Positions 25,301 through 43,300 of a stretch of 64,000 nucleotides of DNA are shown in pieces. Position 1 is the stretch's first letter; every line of letters begins with the position of its first letter. This DNA is from Eledone cirrhosa (Eukaryota), in assembly GCA_964016885.1 (NCBI GenBank), contig OZ024742.1:38874001-38938000 (forward strand), written 5' to 3'. A program made the position numbers and the translations under genes. The notes beneath the pieces were generated by a model. That model saw nothing but the letters and a program-made list of their open reading frames with translations. It was not told where the DNA came from and made no database searches.

Positions 25301-28300
25301 ACCTTATTAACCATCTTGCCAACAACAACCTTATTAACCATCTTTCTAACAACAACTTTATTAACCATCTTGTCAACAACAACCTTATTAACCATCTTGC
25401 TAACAACAACCTTATTAACCATCTTGCCAACAACAACCTTATTAACCATCTTGCTAACAACAACCTTATTAACCATTTTTCTAACAACAACTTTATTAAC
25501 CATCTTGCCAAAAACAACCTTATTAACCATCTTGCTAACAACAACCTTATTAACCATCTTGCCAACAACAACCTTATTAACTATCTTGCTAACAACAACC
25601 TTATTAACCATCTTGCCAACAACAGCCTTATTAACCATCTTGCTAACAACAACCTTATTAACCATCTTGCCAACAACAACCTTATTAACCATCTTTCTAA
25701 CAACAACTTTATTAACCATCTTACTAACAACAACCTTATTAACCATCTTGCCAACAACAACCTTATTAACCATCTTGCTAACTACAACCTTATTAACCAT
25801 CTTGCCAACAACAGCCTTATTAACCATCTTGCTAACAACAACGTTATTAACCATCTTGCCAACAACAACCTTATTAACCATCTTGCCAACAACAAACTTA
25901 TTAACCATCTTGCTAACAACAACCTTATTAACCATCTTTCTAACAACAACTTTATTAACCATCTTGCCAACAACAACCTTATTAACCATCTTGCTAACAA
26001 CAACCTTATTAACCATCTTGCCAACAACAACCTTATTAACCATCTTGCTAACAACAACCTTATTAACCATCTTTCTAACAACAACTTTATTAACCATCTT
26101 GCCTACAACAACCTTATTAACCATCTTGCTAACAACAACCTTATTAACCATCTTGCCAACAACAACCTTATTAACCATCTTGCTAACAACAACCTTATTA
26201 ACCATCTTGCTAACAACAACCTTATTAACCATCTTGCCAACAACAACCTTATTAACCATCTTGCCAACAACAACCTTATTAACCATCTTGAAAACAAAAA
26301 CCTTATTAACCATCTTGACAACAACAACCTTATTAACCATCTTGACAACAACAAACTTATTAACCATCTTGCCTACAACAACCTTATTAACCATCTTGCT
26401 CACAACAACCTTATTAACCATCTCGCTAACAACAACTTCATTAACCATCTTGACAACAACAACCTTATTAACCATCTTGCCTACAACAACCTTATTAACC
26501 ATCTTGCTAACAACAACCTTATTAACCATCTTGCCAACAACAGCCTTATTAACCATCTTGCTAACAACAATCTTATTAACCATCTTGCCAACAACAACCT
26601 TATTAACCATCTTGACAACAACAACCTTATTAACCATCTTGATAACAACAACCTTATTAACCATCTTTCTAACAACAACTTTATTAACCATCTTGCTAAC
26701 AACAACCTTATTAACCATCTTGCCAACAACAACCTTATTAACCATCTTGCCAACAACAACCTTATTAACCATCTTGACAACAACAACCTTATTAACCATC
26801 TTTCTAACAACAACATTATTAACCATCTTGCTAACAACAACCTTATTAACCATCTTGCCAACAACAACCTTATTAACCATCTTCCCCAAAACAACCTTAT
26901 TAACCATCTTGCTAACAACAACCTTATTAACCATCTTGCCAACAACAGCCTTATTAACCATCTTGCTAACAACAACCTTATTAACCATCTTGCCAACAAC
27001 AACCTTATTAACCATCTTGCTAACAACAACCTTATTAACCATCTTGCCAACAACAACATTATTAACCATCTTGACAACAACAAACTTATTAACCACTTGC
27101 TAACAACAACCTTATTAACCATCTTGCTAACAACAAAATTATTAACCATCTTGCCAACAACAACCTTATTAACCATCTTGCCAACAACAACCTTATTAAC
27201 CATCTTGCCAACAACAACCTTATTAACCATCTTGCTAACAACAACATTATTAACCATCTTGCCAACAACAACCTTATTAACCATTTTTCTAACAACAACT
27301 TTATTAACCATCTTGCCAACAACAACCTTATTAACCATCTTGCTAACAACAACCTTATTAACCATCTTTCTAACAACAACTTTATTAACCATCTTGCCAA
27401 CAACAACCTTATTAACCATCTTGCTAACAACAACCTTATTAACCATCTTGCCAACAACAACCTTATTAACCATCTTGCTAACAACAACCTTGTTAACCAT
27501 CTTGCCAACAACAACCTTATTAACCATCTTGCCAACAACAACCTTATTAACCATCTTGCCAACAACAACCTTATTAACCATCTTGCTAACAACCTTATTA
27601 ACCATCTTGCCAACAACAACCTTATTAACCATCTTGCTAACAACAACCTTATTAACCATCTTGCAAACAACAACTTTATTAACCAACATGCCAACAACAA
27701 CCTTATTAACAATCTTGCTAACAACAACCTTATTAACCATCTTGCTAATAACAACCTTATTAACCATCTTGCCAACAACAACCTTATTAACCATCTTGCT
27801 AACAACAAACTTATTAACCATCTTGCAACAACAACCTTATTAAACATCTTGCCAACAACAACCTTATTAACCATCTTGCCAACAACAATCTTATTAACCA
27901 TCTAGCTAACAACAACATTATTAACCATCTTGCCAACAACAACCTTATTAACCATCTTGCTAACAACAACCTTGTTAACCATCTTGCCCACAACAACCTT
28001 ATTAACCATCTTGCCAACAACAACCTTATTTACCATCTTGCTAACAACAACCTTATTAACCATCTTGCCAACAACAACCTTATTAACCATCTTGCTAACA
28101 ACAACCTTATTAACCATCTTGGCAACAACAACTTATTAACCATCTTGACAACAACAACCTTATTAACCATCTTGCTAACAACAACCTTATTAACCATCTT
28201 GAAAACAACAACCTTATTAACCATCTTGCTAACAACAACCTTATTAACCATATTGCTAACAACAACATTATTAACCATCTTGCTAACAACAACCTTATTA

Positions 28301-31300
28301 ACCATCTTGCCAACAACAACCTTATTAACCATCTTGGTAACAACAACCTTATTAACCATCTTGCCAACAACAATCTTATTAACCATCTAGCTAACAACAA
28401 CATTATTAACGTATATTGCTAACAACAACATTATTAACCATCTTGGTAACAACAACCTTATTAACCATCTTGCCAACAACAATCTTATTAACCATCTTGC
28501 TAACAACAACCTTATTAACCATATTGCTAACAACAACATTATTAACCATCTTGCTAACAACAACCTTATTAACCATCTTGCCAACAACAACATTATTAAC
28601 CATCTTGCTAACAACAACCTTATTAACCATCTTGCCAACAACAGCCTTATTAACCATCTTGCTAACAACAACCTTATTAACCATCTTGCCAACAACAACC
28701 TTATTAACCATCTTGCTAACAACAACCTTATTAACCATCTTGCCAACAACAACCTTATTAACCATCTTGCTAACAACAACCTTATTAACCATCTTGCCAA
28801 CAACAACCTTATTAACCATCTTGCTAACAACAACCTTATTAACCATCTTTCTAACAACAACTTTATTAACCATCTTGCCAACAACAACTTTATTAACCAT
28901 CTTGCTAACAACAACCTTATTAACCATCTTGCCAACAACAAACTTATTAACCATCTTGCTAACAACAACCTTATTAACCATCTTGCTAACAACAACCTTA
29001 TTAACCATCTTGCCAACAACAACCTTATTAACCATCTTGCCAACAACAACCTTATTAACCATCTTGCCAACAACAACCTTATTAACCATCTTGCCAACAA
29101 CAACCTTATTAACCATCTTGCCAACAACAACCTTATTAACCATCTTGCTAACAACAACATTATTAACCATCTTGCCAACAACAACCTTATTAACCATTTT
29201 TCTAACAACAACTTTATTAACCATCTTGCCAACAACAACCTTATTAACCATCTTGCTAACAACAACCTTATTAACCATCTTGCCAACAACAACCTTATTA
29301 ACTATCTTGCTAACAACAACCTTATTAACCATCTTGCCAACAACAGCCTTATTAACCATCTTGCTAACAACAACCTTATTAACCATCTTGCCAACAACAA
29401 CCTTATTAACCATCTTTCTAACAACAACTTTATTAACCATCTTGCTAACAACAACCTTATTAACCATCTTGCCAACAACAACCTTATTAACCATCTTGCT
29501 AACTACAACCTTATTAACCATCTTGCCAACAACAGCCTTATTAACCATCTTGCTAACAACAACGTTATTAACCATCTTGCTAACAACAACCTTATTAACC
29601 ATCTTGCCAACAACAAACTTATTAACCATCTTGCTAACAACAACCTTATTAACCATCTTTCTAACAACAACTTTATTAACCATCTTGCCAACAACAACCT
29701 TATTAACCATCTTGCTAACAACAACCTTATTAACCATCTTGCCAACAACAACCTTATTAACCATCTTGCTAACAACAACCTTATTAACCATCTTTCTAAC
29801 AACAACTTTATTAACCATCTTGCCTACAACAACATTATTAACCATCTTGCTAACAACAACCTTATTAACCATCTTGCCAACAACAACCTTATTAACCATC
29901 TTGCTAACAACAACCTTATTAACCATCTTGCTAACAACAACCTTATTAACCATCTTGCCAACAACAACCTTATTAACCATCTTGCCAACAACAACCTTAT
30001 TAACCATCTTGACAACAAAAACCTTATTAACCATCTTGACAACAACAACCTTATTAACCATCTTGACAACAACAAACTTATTAACCATCTTGCCTACAAC
30101 AACCTTATTAACCATCTTGCTAACAACAACCTTATTAACCATCTCGCTAACAACAACTTCATTAACCATCTTGACAACAACAACCTTATTAACCATCTTG
30201 CCTACAACAACCTTATTAACCATCTTGCTAACAACAACCTTATTAACCAACTTGCCAACAACAGCCTTATTAACCATCTTGCTAACAACAACCTTATTAA
30301 CCATCTTGCCAACAACAACCTTATTAACCATCTTGACAACAACAACCTTATTAACCATCTTGATAACAACAACCTTATTAACCATCTTTCTAACAACAAC
30401 TTTATTAACCATCTTGCTAACAACAACCTTATTAACCATCTTGCCAACAACAACCTTATTAACCATCTTGCCAACAACAACCTTATTAACCATCTTGACA
30501 ACAACAACCTTATTAACCATCTTTCTAACAACAACATTATTAACCATCTTGCTAACAACAACCTTATTAACCATCTTGCCAACAACAACCTTATTAACCA
30601 TCTTCCCCAAAACAACCTTATTAACCATCTTGCTAACAACAACCTTATTAACCATCTTGCCAACAACAACCTTATTAACCATCTTGCTAACAACAACCTT
30701 ATTAACCATCTTGCCAACAACAACCTTATTAACCATCTTGCTAACAACAACCTTATTAACCATCTTGCCAACAACAACATTATTAACCATCTTGACAACA
30801 ACAAACTTATTAACCACTTGCTAACAACAACCTTATTAACCATCTTGCTAACAACAAAATTATTAACCATCTTGCCAACAACAACCTTATTAACCATCTT
30901 GCCAACAACAACCTTATTAACCATCTTGCCAACAACAACCTTATTAACCATCTTGCTAACAACAACATTATTAACCATCTTGCCAACAACAACCTTATTA
31001 ACCATCTTGCTAACAACAACCTTATTAACCATCTTGCTAACAACAACCTTATTAACCATCTTGCCAACAACAACCTTATTAACCATCTTGCCAACAACAA
31101 CCTTATTAACCATCTTGCCAACAACAACCTTATTAACCATCTTGCTAACAACAACCTTATTAACCATCTTGCCAACAACAACCTTATTAACCATCTTGCC
31201 AACAACAACCTTATTAACCATCTTGCTAACAACAACCTTATTAACTATCTTGCCAACAACAACCTTATTAACCATCTTGCCAACAACAGCCTTATTAACC

Positions 31301-34300
31301 ATCTTGCTAACAACAACCTTATTAACTATCTTGCCAACAACAACCTTATTAACCATCTTGCCAACAACAACCTTATTAACCATCTTGCTAACAACAACCT
31401 TATTAACCATCTTTCTAACAACAACTTTATTAACCATCTTGCCAACAACAACCTTATTAACCATCTTGCTAACAACAACCTTATTAACCATCTTGCCAAC
31501 AACAACCTTATTAACCATCTTGCTAACAACAACCTTGTTAACCATCTTGCCAACAACAACCTTATTAACCATCTTGCCAACAACAACCTTATTAACCATC
31601 TTGCCAACAACAACCTTATTAACCATCTTGCTAACAACCTTATTAACCATCTTGCCAACAACAACCTTATTAACCATCTTGCTAACAACAACCTTATTAA
31701 CCATCTTGCAAACAACAACTTTATTAACCAACTTGCCAACAACAACCTTATTAACCATCTTGCTAACAACAACCTTATTAACCATCTTGCTAACAACAAC
31801 ATTATTAACCATCTTGCTAACAACAACCTTATTAACCATCTTGCCAACAACAACCATATTAACCATCTTGCCAACAACAACCTTATTAACAATCTTGCTA
31901 ACAACAACCTTATTAACCATCTTGCTAATAACAACCTTATTAACCATCTTGCCAACAACAACCTTATTAACCATCTTGCTAACAACAAACTTATTAACCA
32001 TCTTGCAACAACAACCTTATTAAACATCTTGCCAACAACAACCTTATTAACCATCTTGCCAACAACAATCTTATTAACCATCTAGCTAACAACAACATTA
32101 TTAACCATCTTGCCAACAACAACCTTATTAACCATCTTGCTAACAACAACCTTATTAACCATCTTGCCCACAACAACCTTATTAACCATCTTGCCAACAA
32201 CAACCTTATTTACCATCTTGCTAACAACAACCTTATTAACCATCTTGCCAACAACAACCTTATTAACCATCTTGCTAACAACAACCTTATTAACCATCTT
32301 GGCAACAACAACTTATTAACCATCTTGACAACAACAACCTTATTAACCATCTTGCTAACAACAACCTTATTAACCATCTTGAAAACAACAACCTTATTAA
32401 CCATCTTGCTAACAACAACCTTATTAACCATATTGCTAACAACAACATTATTAACCATCTTGCTAACAACAACCTTATTAACCATCTTGCCAACAACAAC
32501 CTTATTAACCATCTTGGTAACAACAACCTTATTAACCATCTTGCCAACAACAATCTTATTAACCATCTAGCTAACAACAACATTATTAACCATATTGCTA
32601 ACAACAACATTATTAACCATCTTGGTAACAACAACCTTATTAACCATCTTGCCAACAACAATCTTATTAACCATCTTGCTAACAACAACCTTATTAACCA
32701 TATTGCTAACAACAACATTATTAACCATCTTGCTAACAACAACCTTATTAACCATCTTGCCAACAACAACATTATTAACCATCTTGCTAACAACAACCTT
32801 ATTAACCATCTTGCCAACAACAGCCTTATTAACCATCTTGCTAACAACAACCTTATTAACCATCTTGCCAACAACAACCTTATTAACCATCTTGCTAACA
32901 ACAACCTTATTAACCATCTTGCCAACAACAACCTTATTAACCATCTTGCTAACAACAACCTTATTAACCATCTTGCCAACAACAACCTTATTAACCATCT
33001 TGCTAACAACAACCTTATTAACCATCTTTCTAACAACAACTTTATTAACCATCTTGCCAACAACAACTTTATTAACCATCTTGCTAACAACAACCTTATT
33101 AACCATCTTGCCAACAACAAACTTATTAACCATCTTGCTAACAACAACCTTATTAACCATCTTGCTAACAACAACCTTATTAACCATCTTGCCAACAACA
33201 ACCTTATTAACCATCTTGCCAACAACAACCTTATTAACCATCTTGCCAACAACAACCTTATTAACCATCTTGCCAACAACAACCTTATTAACCATCTTGC
33301 CAACAACAACCTTATTAACCATCTTGCTAACAACAACATTATTAACCATCTTGCCAACAACAACCTTATTAACCATTTTTCTAACAACAACTTTATTAAC
33401 CATCTTGCCAACAACAACCTTATTAACCATCTTGCTAACAACAACCTTATTAACCATCTTGCCAACAACAACCTTATTAACTATCTTGCTAACAACAACC
33501 TTATTAACCATCTTGCCAACAACAGCCTTATTAACCATCTTGCTAACAACAACCTTATTAACCATCTTGCCAACAACAACCTTATTAACCATCTTTCTAA
33601 CAACAACTTTATTTACCATCTTGCTAACAACAACCTTATTAACCATCTTGCCAACAACAACCTTATTAACCATCTTGCTAACTACAACCTTATTAACCAT
33701 CTTGCCAACAACAGCCTTATTAACCATCTTGCTAACAACAACGTTATTAACCATCTTGCTAACAACAACCTTATTAACCATCTTGCCAACAACAAACTTA
33801 TTAACCATCTTGCTAACAACAACCTTATTAACCATCTTTCTAACAACAACTTTATTAACCATCTTGCCAACAACAACCTTATTAACCATCTTGCTAACAA
33901 CAACCTTATTAACCATCTTGCCAACAACAACCTTATTAACCATCTTGCTAACAACAACCTTATTAACCATCTTTCTAACAACAACTTTATTAACCATCTT
34001 GCCTACAACAACATTATTAACCATCTTGCTAACAACAACCTTATTAACCATCTTGCCAACAACAACCTTATTAACCATCTTGCTAACAACAACCTTATTA
34101 ACCATCTTGCTAACAACAACCTTATTAACCATCTTGCCAACAACAACCTTATTAACCATCTTGCCAACAACAACCTTATTAACCATCTTGACAACAAAAA
34201 CCTTATTAACCATCTTGACAACAACAACCTTATTAACCATCTTGACAACAACAAACTTATTAACCATCTTGCCTACAACAACCTTATTAACCATCTTGCT

Positions 34301-37300
34301 AACAACAACCTTATTAACCATCTCGCTAACAACAACTTCATTAACCATCTTGACAACAACAACCTTATTAACCATCTTGCCTACAACAACCTTATTAACC
34401 ATCTTGCTAACAACAACCTTATTAACCAACTTGCCAACAACAGCCTTATTAACCATCTTGCTAACAACAACCTTATTAACCATCTTGCCAACAACAACCT
34501 TATTAACCATCTTGACAACAACAACCTTATTAACCATCTTGATAACAACAACCTTATTAACCATCTTTCTAACAACAACTTTATTAACCATCTTGCTAAC
34601 AACAACCTTATTAACCATCTTGCCAACAACAACCTTATTAACCATCTTGCCAACAACAACCTTATTAACCATCTTGACAACAACAACCTTATTAACCATC
34701 TTTCTAACAACAACATTATTAACCATCTTGCTAACAACAACCTTATTAACCATCTTGCCAACAACAACCTTATTAACCATCTTCCCCAAAACAACCTTAT
34801 TAACCATCTTGCTAACAACAACCTTATTAACCATCTTGCTAACAACAAAATTATTAACCATCTTGCCAACAACAACCTTATTAACCATCTTGCCAACAAC
34901 AACCTTATTAACCATCTTGCCAACAACAACCTTATTAACCATCTTGCTAACAACAACATTATTAACCATCTTGCCAACAACAACCTTATTAACCATCTTG
35001 CTAACAACAACCTTATTAACCATCTTGCTAACAACAACCTTATTAACCATCTTGCCAACAACAACCTTATTAACCATCTTGCCAACAACAACCTTATTAA
35101 CCATCTTGCCAACAACAACCTTATTAACCATCTTGCTAACAACAACCTTATTAACCATCTTGCCAACAACAACCTTATTAACCATCTTGCCAACTATAAC
35201 CTTATTAACCATCTTGCTAACAACAACCTTATTAACTATCTTGCCAACAACAGCCTTATTAACCATCTTGCCAACAACAGCCTTATTAACCATCTTGCTA
35301 ACAACAACCTTATTAACTATCTTGCCAACAACAACCTTATTAACCATCTTGCCAACAACAACCTTATTAACCATCTTGCTAACAACAACCTTATTAACCA
35401 TCTTTCTAACAACAACTTTATTAACCATCTTGCCAACAACAACATTATTAACCATCTTGCTAACAACAACCTTATTAACCATCTTGCCAACAACAACCTT
35501 ATTAACCATCTTGCTAACAACAACCTTGTTAACCATCTTGCCAACAACAACCTTATTAACCATCTTGCCAACAACAACCTTATTAACCATCTTGCCAACA
35601 ACAACCTTATTAACCATCTTGCTAACAACCTTATTAAACATCTTGCCAACAACAACCTTATTAACCATCTTGCTAACAACAACCTTATTAACCATCTTGC
35701 AAACAACAACTTTATTAACCAACTTGCCAACAACAACCTTATTAACCATCTTGCTAACAACAACCTTATTAACCATCTTGCTAACAACAACATTATTAAC
35801 CATCTTGCTAACAACAACCTTATTAACCATCTTGCCAACAACAACCATATTAACCATCTTGCCAACAACAACCTTATTAACAATCTTGCTAACAACAACC
35901 TTATTAACCATCTTGCTAATAACAACCTTATTAACCATCTTGCCAACAACAACCTTATTAACCATCTTGCTAACAACAAACTTATTAACCATCTTGCAAC
36001 AACAACCTTATTAAACATCTTGCCAACAACAACCTTATTAACCATCTTGCCAACAACAATCTTATTAACCATCTAGCTAACAACAACATTATTAACCATC
36101 TTGCCAACAACAACCTTATTAACCATCTTGCTAACAACAACCTTATTAACCATCTTGCCCACAACAACCTTATTAACCATCTTGCCAACAACAACCTTAT
36201 TTACCATCTTGCTAACAACAACCTTATTAACCATCTTGCCAACAACAACCTTATTAACCATCTTGCTAACAACAACCTTATTAACCATCTTGGCAACAAC
36301 AACTTATTAACCATCTTGACAACAACAACCTTATTAACCATCTTGCTAACAACAACCTTATTAACCATCTTGAAAACAACAACCTTATTAACCATCTTGC
36401 TAACAACAACCTTATTAACCATATTGCTAACAACAACATTATTAACCATCTTGCTAACAACAACCTTATTAACCATCTTGCCAACAACAACCTTATTAAC
36501 CATCTTGGTAACAACAACCTTATTAACCATCTTGCCAACAACAATCTTATTAACCATCTAGCTAACAACAACATTATTAACCATATTGCTAACAACAACA
36601 TTATTAACCATCTTGGTAACAACAACCTTATTAACCATCTTGCCAACAACAATCTTATTAACCATCTTGCTAACAACAACCTTATTAACCATATTGCTAA
36701 CAACAACATTATTAACCATCTTGCTAACAACAACCTTATTAACCATCTTGCCAACAACAACATTATTAACCATCTTGCTAACAACAACCTTATTAACCAT
36801 CTTGCCAACAACAGCCTTATTAACCATCTTGCTAACAACAACCTTATTAACCATCTTGCCAACAACAACCTTATTAACCATCTTGCTAACAACAACCTTA
36901 TTAACCATCTTGCCAACAACAACCTTATTAACCATCTTGCTAACAACAACCTTATTAACCATCTTGCCAACAACAACCTTATTAACCATCTTGCTAACAA
37001 CAACCTTATTAACCATCTTTCTAACAACAACTTTATTAACCATCTTGCCAACAACAACTTTATTAACCATCTTGCTAACAACAACCTTATTAACCATCTT
37101 GCCAACAACAAACTTATTAACCATCTTGCTAACAACAACCTTATTAACCATCTTGCTAACAACAACCTTATTAACCATCTTGCCAACAACAACCTTATTA
37201 ACCATCTTGCCAACAACAACCTTATTAACCATCTTGACAACAAAAACCTTATTAACCATCTTGACAACAACAACCTTATTAACCATCTTGACAACAACAA

Positions 37301-40300
37301 CCTTATTAACCATCTTGCCTACAACAACCTTATTAACCATCTTGCTAACAACAACCTTATTAACCATCTTGCTAACAACAACCTTATTAACCATCTTGAC
37401 AACAACAACCTTATTAACCATCTTGCCTACAACAACCTTATTAACCATCTTGCTAACAACAACCTTATTAACCATCTTGCCAACAACAGCCTTATTAACC
37501 ATCTTGCTAACAACAACCTTATTAACCATCTTGCCAACAACAACCTTATTAACCATCTTGACAACAACAACCTTATTAACCATCTTGCTAACAACAACCT
37601 TATTAACCATCTTTCTAACAACAACTTTATTAACCATCTTGCTAACAACAACCTTATTAACCATCTTGCCAACAACAACCTTATTAACCATCTTGCCAAC
37701 AACAACCTTATTAACCATCTTGACAACAACAACCTTATTAACCATCTTTCTAACAACAACATTATTAACCATCTTGCTAACAACAACCTTATTAACCATC
37801 TTGCCACCAACAACCTTATTAACCATCTTCCCAAAAACAACCTTATTAACCATCTTGCTAACAACAACCTTATTAACCATCTTGCCAACAACAACCTTAT
37901 TAACCATCTTGCTAACAACAACCTTATTAACCATCTTGCCAACAACAACCTTATTAACCATCTTGCTAACAACAACCTTATTAACCATCTTGCCAACAAC
38001 AACATTATTAACCATCTTGACAACAACAAACTTATTAACCACTTGCTAACAACAACCTTATTAACCATCTTGCTAACAACAAAATTATTAACCATCTTGC
38101 CAACAACAACCTTATTAACCATCTTGCCAACAACAACCTTATTAACCATCTTGCCAACAACAACCTTATTAACCATCTTGCTAACAACAACATTACTAAC
38201 CATCTTGCCAACAACAACCTTATTAACCATCTTGCTAACAACAACCTTATTAACCATCTTGCTAACAACAACCTTATTAACCATCTTGCCAACAACAACC
38301 TTATTAACCATCTTGCCAACAACAACCTTATTAACCATCTTGCCAACAACAACCTTATTAACCATCTTGCTAACAACAACCTTATTAACCATCTTGCCAA
38401 CAACAACCTTATTAACCATCTTGCCAACAACAACCTTATTAACCATCTTGCTAACAACAACCTTATTAACTATCTTGCCAACAACAACCTTATTAACCAT
38501 CTTGCCAACAACAGCCTTATTAACCATCTTGCTAACAACAACCTTATTAACTATCTGGCCAACAACAACCTTATTAACCATCTTGCCAACAACAACCTTA
38601 TTAACCATCTTGCTAACAACAACCTTATTAACCATCTTTCTAACAACAACCTTATTAACCATCTTGCCAACAACAACCTTATTAACCATCTTGCTAACAA
38701 CAACCTTATTAACCATCTTGCTAACAACAACCTTATTAACCATCTTGCTAACAACAACCTTGTTAACCATCTTGCCAACAACAACCTTATTAACCATCTT
38801 GCCAACAACAACCTTATTAACCATCTTGCCAACAACAACCTTATTAACCATCTTGCTAACAACAACCTTATTAACCATCTTGCCAACAGCAATCTTATTA
38901 CCCATCTTGCCAACAACAACCTTATTAACCATCTTGCTAACAACAACCTTATTAACCATCTTGCAAACAACAACCTTATTAACCATCTTGCCAACAACAA
39001 CCTTATTAACCATCTTGCTAACAACAACCTTATTAACCATCTTGCTAACAACAACATTATTAACCATCTTGCTAACAACAACCTTATTAACCATCTTGCC
39101 AACAACAACCTTATTAACCATCTTGCCAACAACAACCTTATTAACAATCTTGCTAACAACAACCTTATTAACCATCTTGCTAATAACAACCTTATTAACC
39201 ATCTTGCCAACAACAACCTTATTAACCATCTTGCTAACAACAAACTTATTAACCATCTTGCAACAACAACCTTATTAACCATCTTGCCAACAACAACCTT
39301 ATTAACCATCTTGCCAACAACAATCTTATTAACCATCTAGCTAACAACAATATTATTAACTATCTTGCCAACAACAACCTTATTAACCATCTTGCTAACA
39401 ACAACCTTATTAACCATCTTGCCCACAACAACCTTATTAACCATCTTGCCAACAACAACCTTATTTACCATCTTGCTAACAACAACCTTATTAACCATCT
39501 TGCCAACAACAACCTTATTAACCATCTTGGCAACAACAACTTATTAACCATCTTGACAACAACAACCTTATTAACCATCTTGCTAACAACAAGCTTATTA
39601 ACCATCTTGAAAACAACAACCTTATTAACCATCTTGCTAACAACAACCTTATTAACCATATTGCTAACAACAACATTATTAACCATCTTGCTAACAACAA
39701 CCTTATTAACCATCTTGCCAACAACAACCTTATTAACCATCTTGGTAACAACAACCTTATTAACCATCTTGCCAACAACAATCTTATTAACCATCTAGCT
39801 AACAACAACATTATTAACCATATTGCTAACAACAACATTATTAACCATCTTGGTAACAACAACCTTATTAACCATCTTGCCAACAACAACCTTATTAACC
39901 ATCTTGCTAACAACAACCTTATTAACCATATTGCTAACAACAACATTATTAACCACTTGCTAACAACAACCTTATTAACCATCTTGCCAACAACAACATT
40001 ATTAACCATCTTGCTAACAACAACCTTATTAACCATCTTGCCAACAACAACCTTATTAACCATCTTGCCAACAACAGCCTTATTAACCATCTTGCTAACA
40101 ACAACCTTATTAACCATCTTGCCAACAACAACCTTATTAACCATCTTGCTAACAACAACTTTATTAACCATCTTGCCAACAACAACCTTATTAACCATCT
40201 TGCTAACAACAACCTTGTTAACCATCTTGCCAACAACAACCTTATTAACCATCTTGCCAACAACAACCTTATTAACCATCTTGCCAACAACAACCTTATT

Positions 40301-43300
40301 AACCATCTTGCTAACAACAACCTTATTAACCATCTTGCCAACAGCAATCTTATTACCCATCTTGCCAACAACAACCTTATTAACCATCTTGCTAACAACA
40401 ACCTTATTAACCATCTTGCAAACAACAACCTTATTAACCATCTTGCCAACAACAACCTTATTAACCATCTTGCTAACAACAACCTTATTAACCATCTTGC
40501 TAACAACAACATTATTAACCATCTTGCTAACAACAACCTTATTAAACATCTTGCCAACAACAACCTTATTAACCATCTTGCCAACAACAACCTTATTAAC
40601 AATCTTGCTAACAACAACCTTATTAACCATCTTGCTAATAACAACCTTATTAACCATCTTGCCAACAACAACCTTACTAACCATCTTGCTAACAACAAAC
40701 TTATTAACCATCTTGCAACAACAACCTTATTAACCATCTTGCCAACAACAACCTTATTAACCATCTTGCCAACAACAATCTTATTAACCATCTAGCTAAC
40801 AACAACATTATTAACCATCTTGCCAACAACAACCTTATTAACCATCTTGCTAACAACAACCTTATTAACCATCTTGCCCACAACAACCTTATTAACCATC
40901 TTGCCAACAACAACCTTATTTACCATCTTGCTAACAACAACCTTATTAACCATCTTGCTAACAACAACCTTATTAACCATCTTGCTAACCACAACCTTAT
41001 TAACCATCTTGGCAACAACAACTTATTAACCATCTTGACAACAACAACCTTATTAACCATCTTGCTAACAACAACCTTATTAACCATCTTGAAAACAACA
41101 ACCTTATTAACCATCTTGCTAACAACAACCTTATTAACCATATTGCTAACAACAACATTATTAACCATCTTGCTAACAACAACCTTATTAACCATCTTGC
41201 CAACAACAACCTTATTAACCATCTTGGTAACAACAACCTTATTAACCATCTTGCCAACAACAATCTTATTAACCATCTAGCTAACAACAACATTATTAAC
41301 CATATTGCTAACAACAACATTATTAACCATCTTGGTAACAACAACCTTATTAACCATCTTGCCAACAACAACCTTATTAACCATCTTGCTAACAACAACC
41401 TTATTAACCATATTGCTAACAACAACATTATTAACCATCTTGCTAACAACAACCTTATTAACCATCTTGCCAACAACAACATTATTAACCATCTTGCTAA
41501 CAACAACCTTATTAACCATCTTGCCAACAACAACCTTATTAACCATCTTGCCAACAACAGCCTTATTAACCATCTTGCTAACAACAACCTTATTAACCAT
41601 CTTGCCAACAACAACCTTATTAACCATCTTGCTAACAACAACCTTATTAACCATCTTGCCAACAACAACCTTATTAACCATCTTGCTAACAACAACCTTA
41701 TTAACCATCTTGCCAACAACAACGTTATTAACCATCTTGCTAACAACAACCTTATTAACCATCTTTCTAACAACAACTTTATTAACCATCTTGCCAACAA
41801 CAACCTTATTAACCATCTTGCTAACAACAACCTTATTAACCATCTTGCCAACAACAACCTTATTAACCATCTTGCTAACAACAACCTTATTAACCATCTT
41901 GCTAACAACAACCTTATTAACCATCTTGCCAACAACAACCTTATTAACCATCTTGCCAACAACAACCTTATTAACCATCTTGCCAACAACAACCTTATTA
42001 ACCATCTTGCCAACAACAACCTTATTAACCATCTTGCCAACAACAACCTTATTAACCATCTTGCTAACAACAACATTATTAACCATCTTGCCAACAACAA
42101 CCTTATTAACCATTTTTCTAACAACAACTTTATTAACCATCTTGCCAACAACAACCTTATTAACCATCTAGCTAACAACAATATTATTAACTATCTTGCC
42201 AACAACAACCTTATTAACCATCTTGCTAACAACAACATTATTAACCATCTTGCCAACAACAACCTTATTAACCATTTTTCTAACAACAACTTTATTAACC
42301 ATCTTGCCAACAACAATCTTATTAACCATCTAGCTAACAACAATATTATTAACTATCTTGCCAACAACAACCTTATTAACCATCTTGCTAACAACAACCT
42401 TATTAACCATCTTGCCCACAACAACCTTATTAACCATCTTGCCAACAACAACCTTATTTACCATCTTGCTAACAACAACCTTATTAACCATCTTGCCAAC
42501 AACAACCTTATTAACCATCTTGCTAACAACAACCTTATTAACCATCTTGGCAACAACAACTTATTAACCATCTTGCCAACAACAACCTTATTAACCATCT
42601 TGCCAACAACAACCTTATTAACCATCTTGCCAACAACAACCTTATTAACCATCTTGCTAACAACAACATTATTAACCATCTTGCCAACAACAACCTTATT
42701 AACCATTTTTCTAACAACAACTTTATTAACCATCTTGCCAACAACAACCTTATTAACCATCTAGCTAACAACAATATTATTAACTATCTTGCCAACAACA
42801 ACCTTATTAACCATCTTGCTAACAACAACATTATTAACCATCTTGCCAACAACAACCTTATTAACCATTTTTCTAACAACAACTTTATTAACCATCTTGC
42901 CAACAACAATCTTATTAACCATCTAGCTAACAACAATATTATTAACTATCTTGCCAACAACAACCTTATTAACCATCTTGCTAACAACAACCTTATTAAC
43001 CATCTTGCCCACAACAACCTTATTAACCATCTTGCCAACAACAACCTTATTTACCATCTTGCTAACAACAACCTTATTAACCATCTTGCCAACAACAACC
43101 TTATTAACCATCTTGCTAACAACAACCTTATTAACCATCTTGGCAACAACAACTTATTAACCATCTTGACAACAACAACCTTATTAACCATCTTGCTAAC
43201 AACAAGCTTATTAACCATCTTGAAAACAACAACCTTATTAACCATCTTGCTAACAACAACCTTATTAACCATATTGCTAACAACAACATTATTAACCATC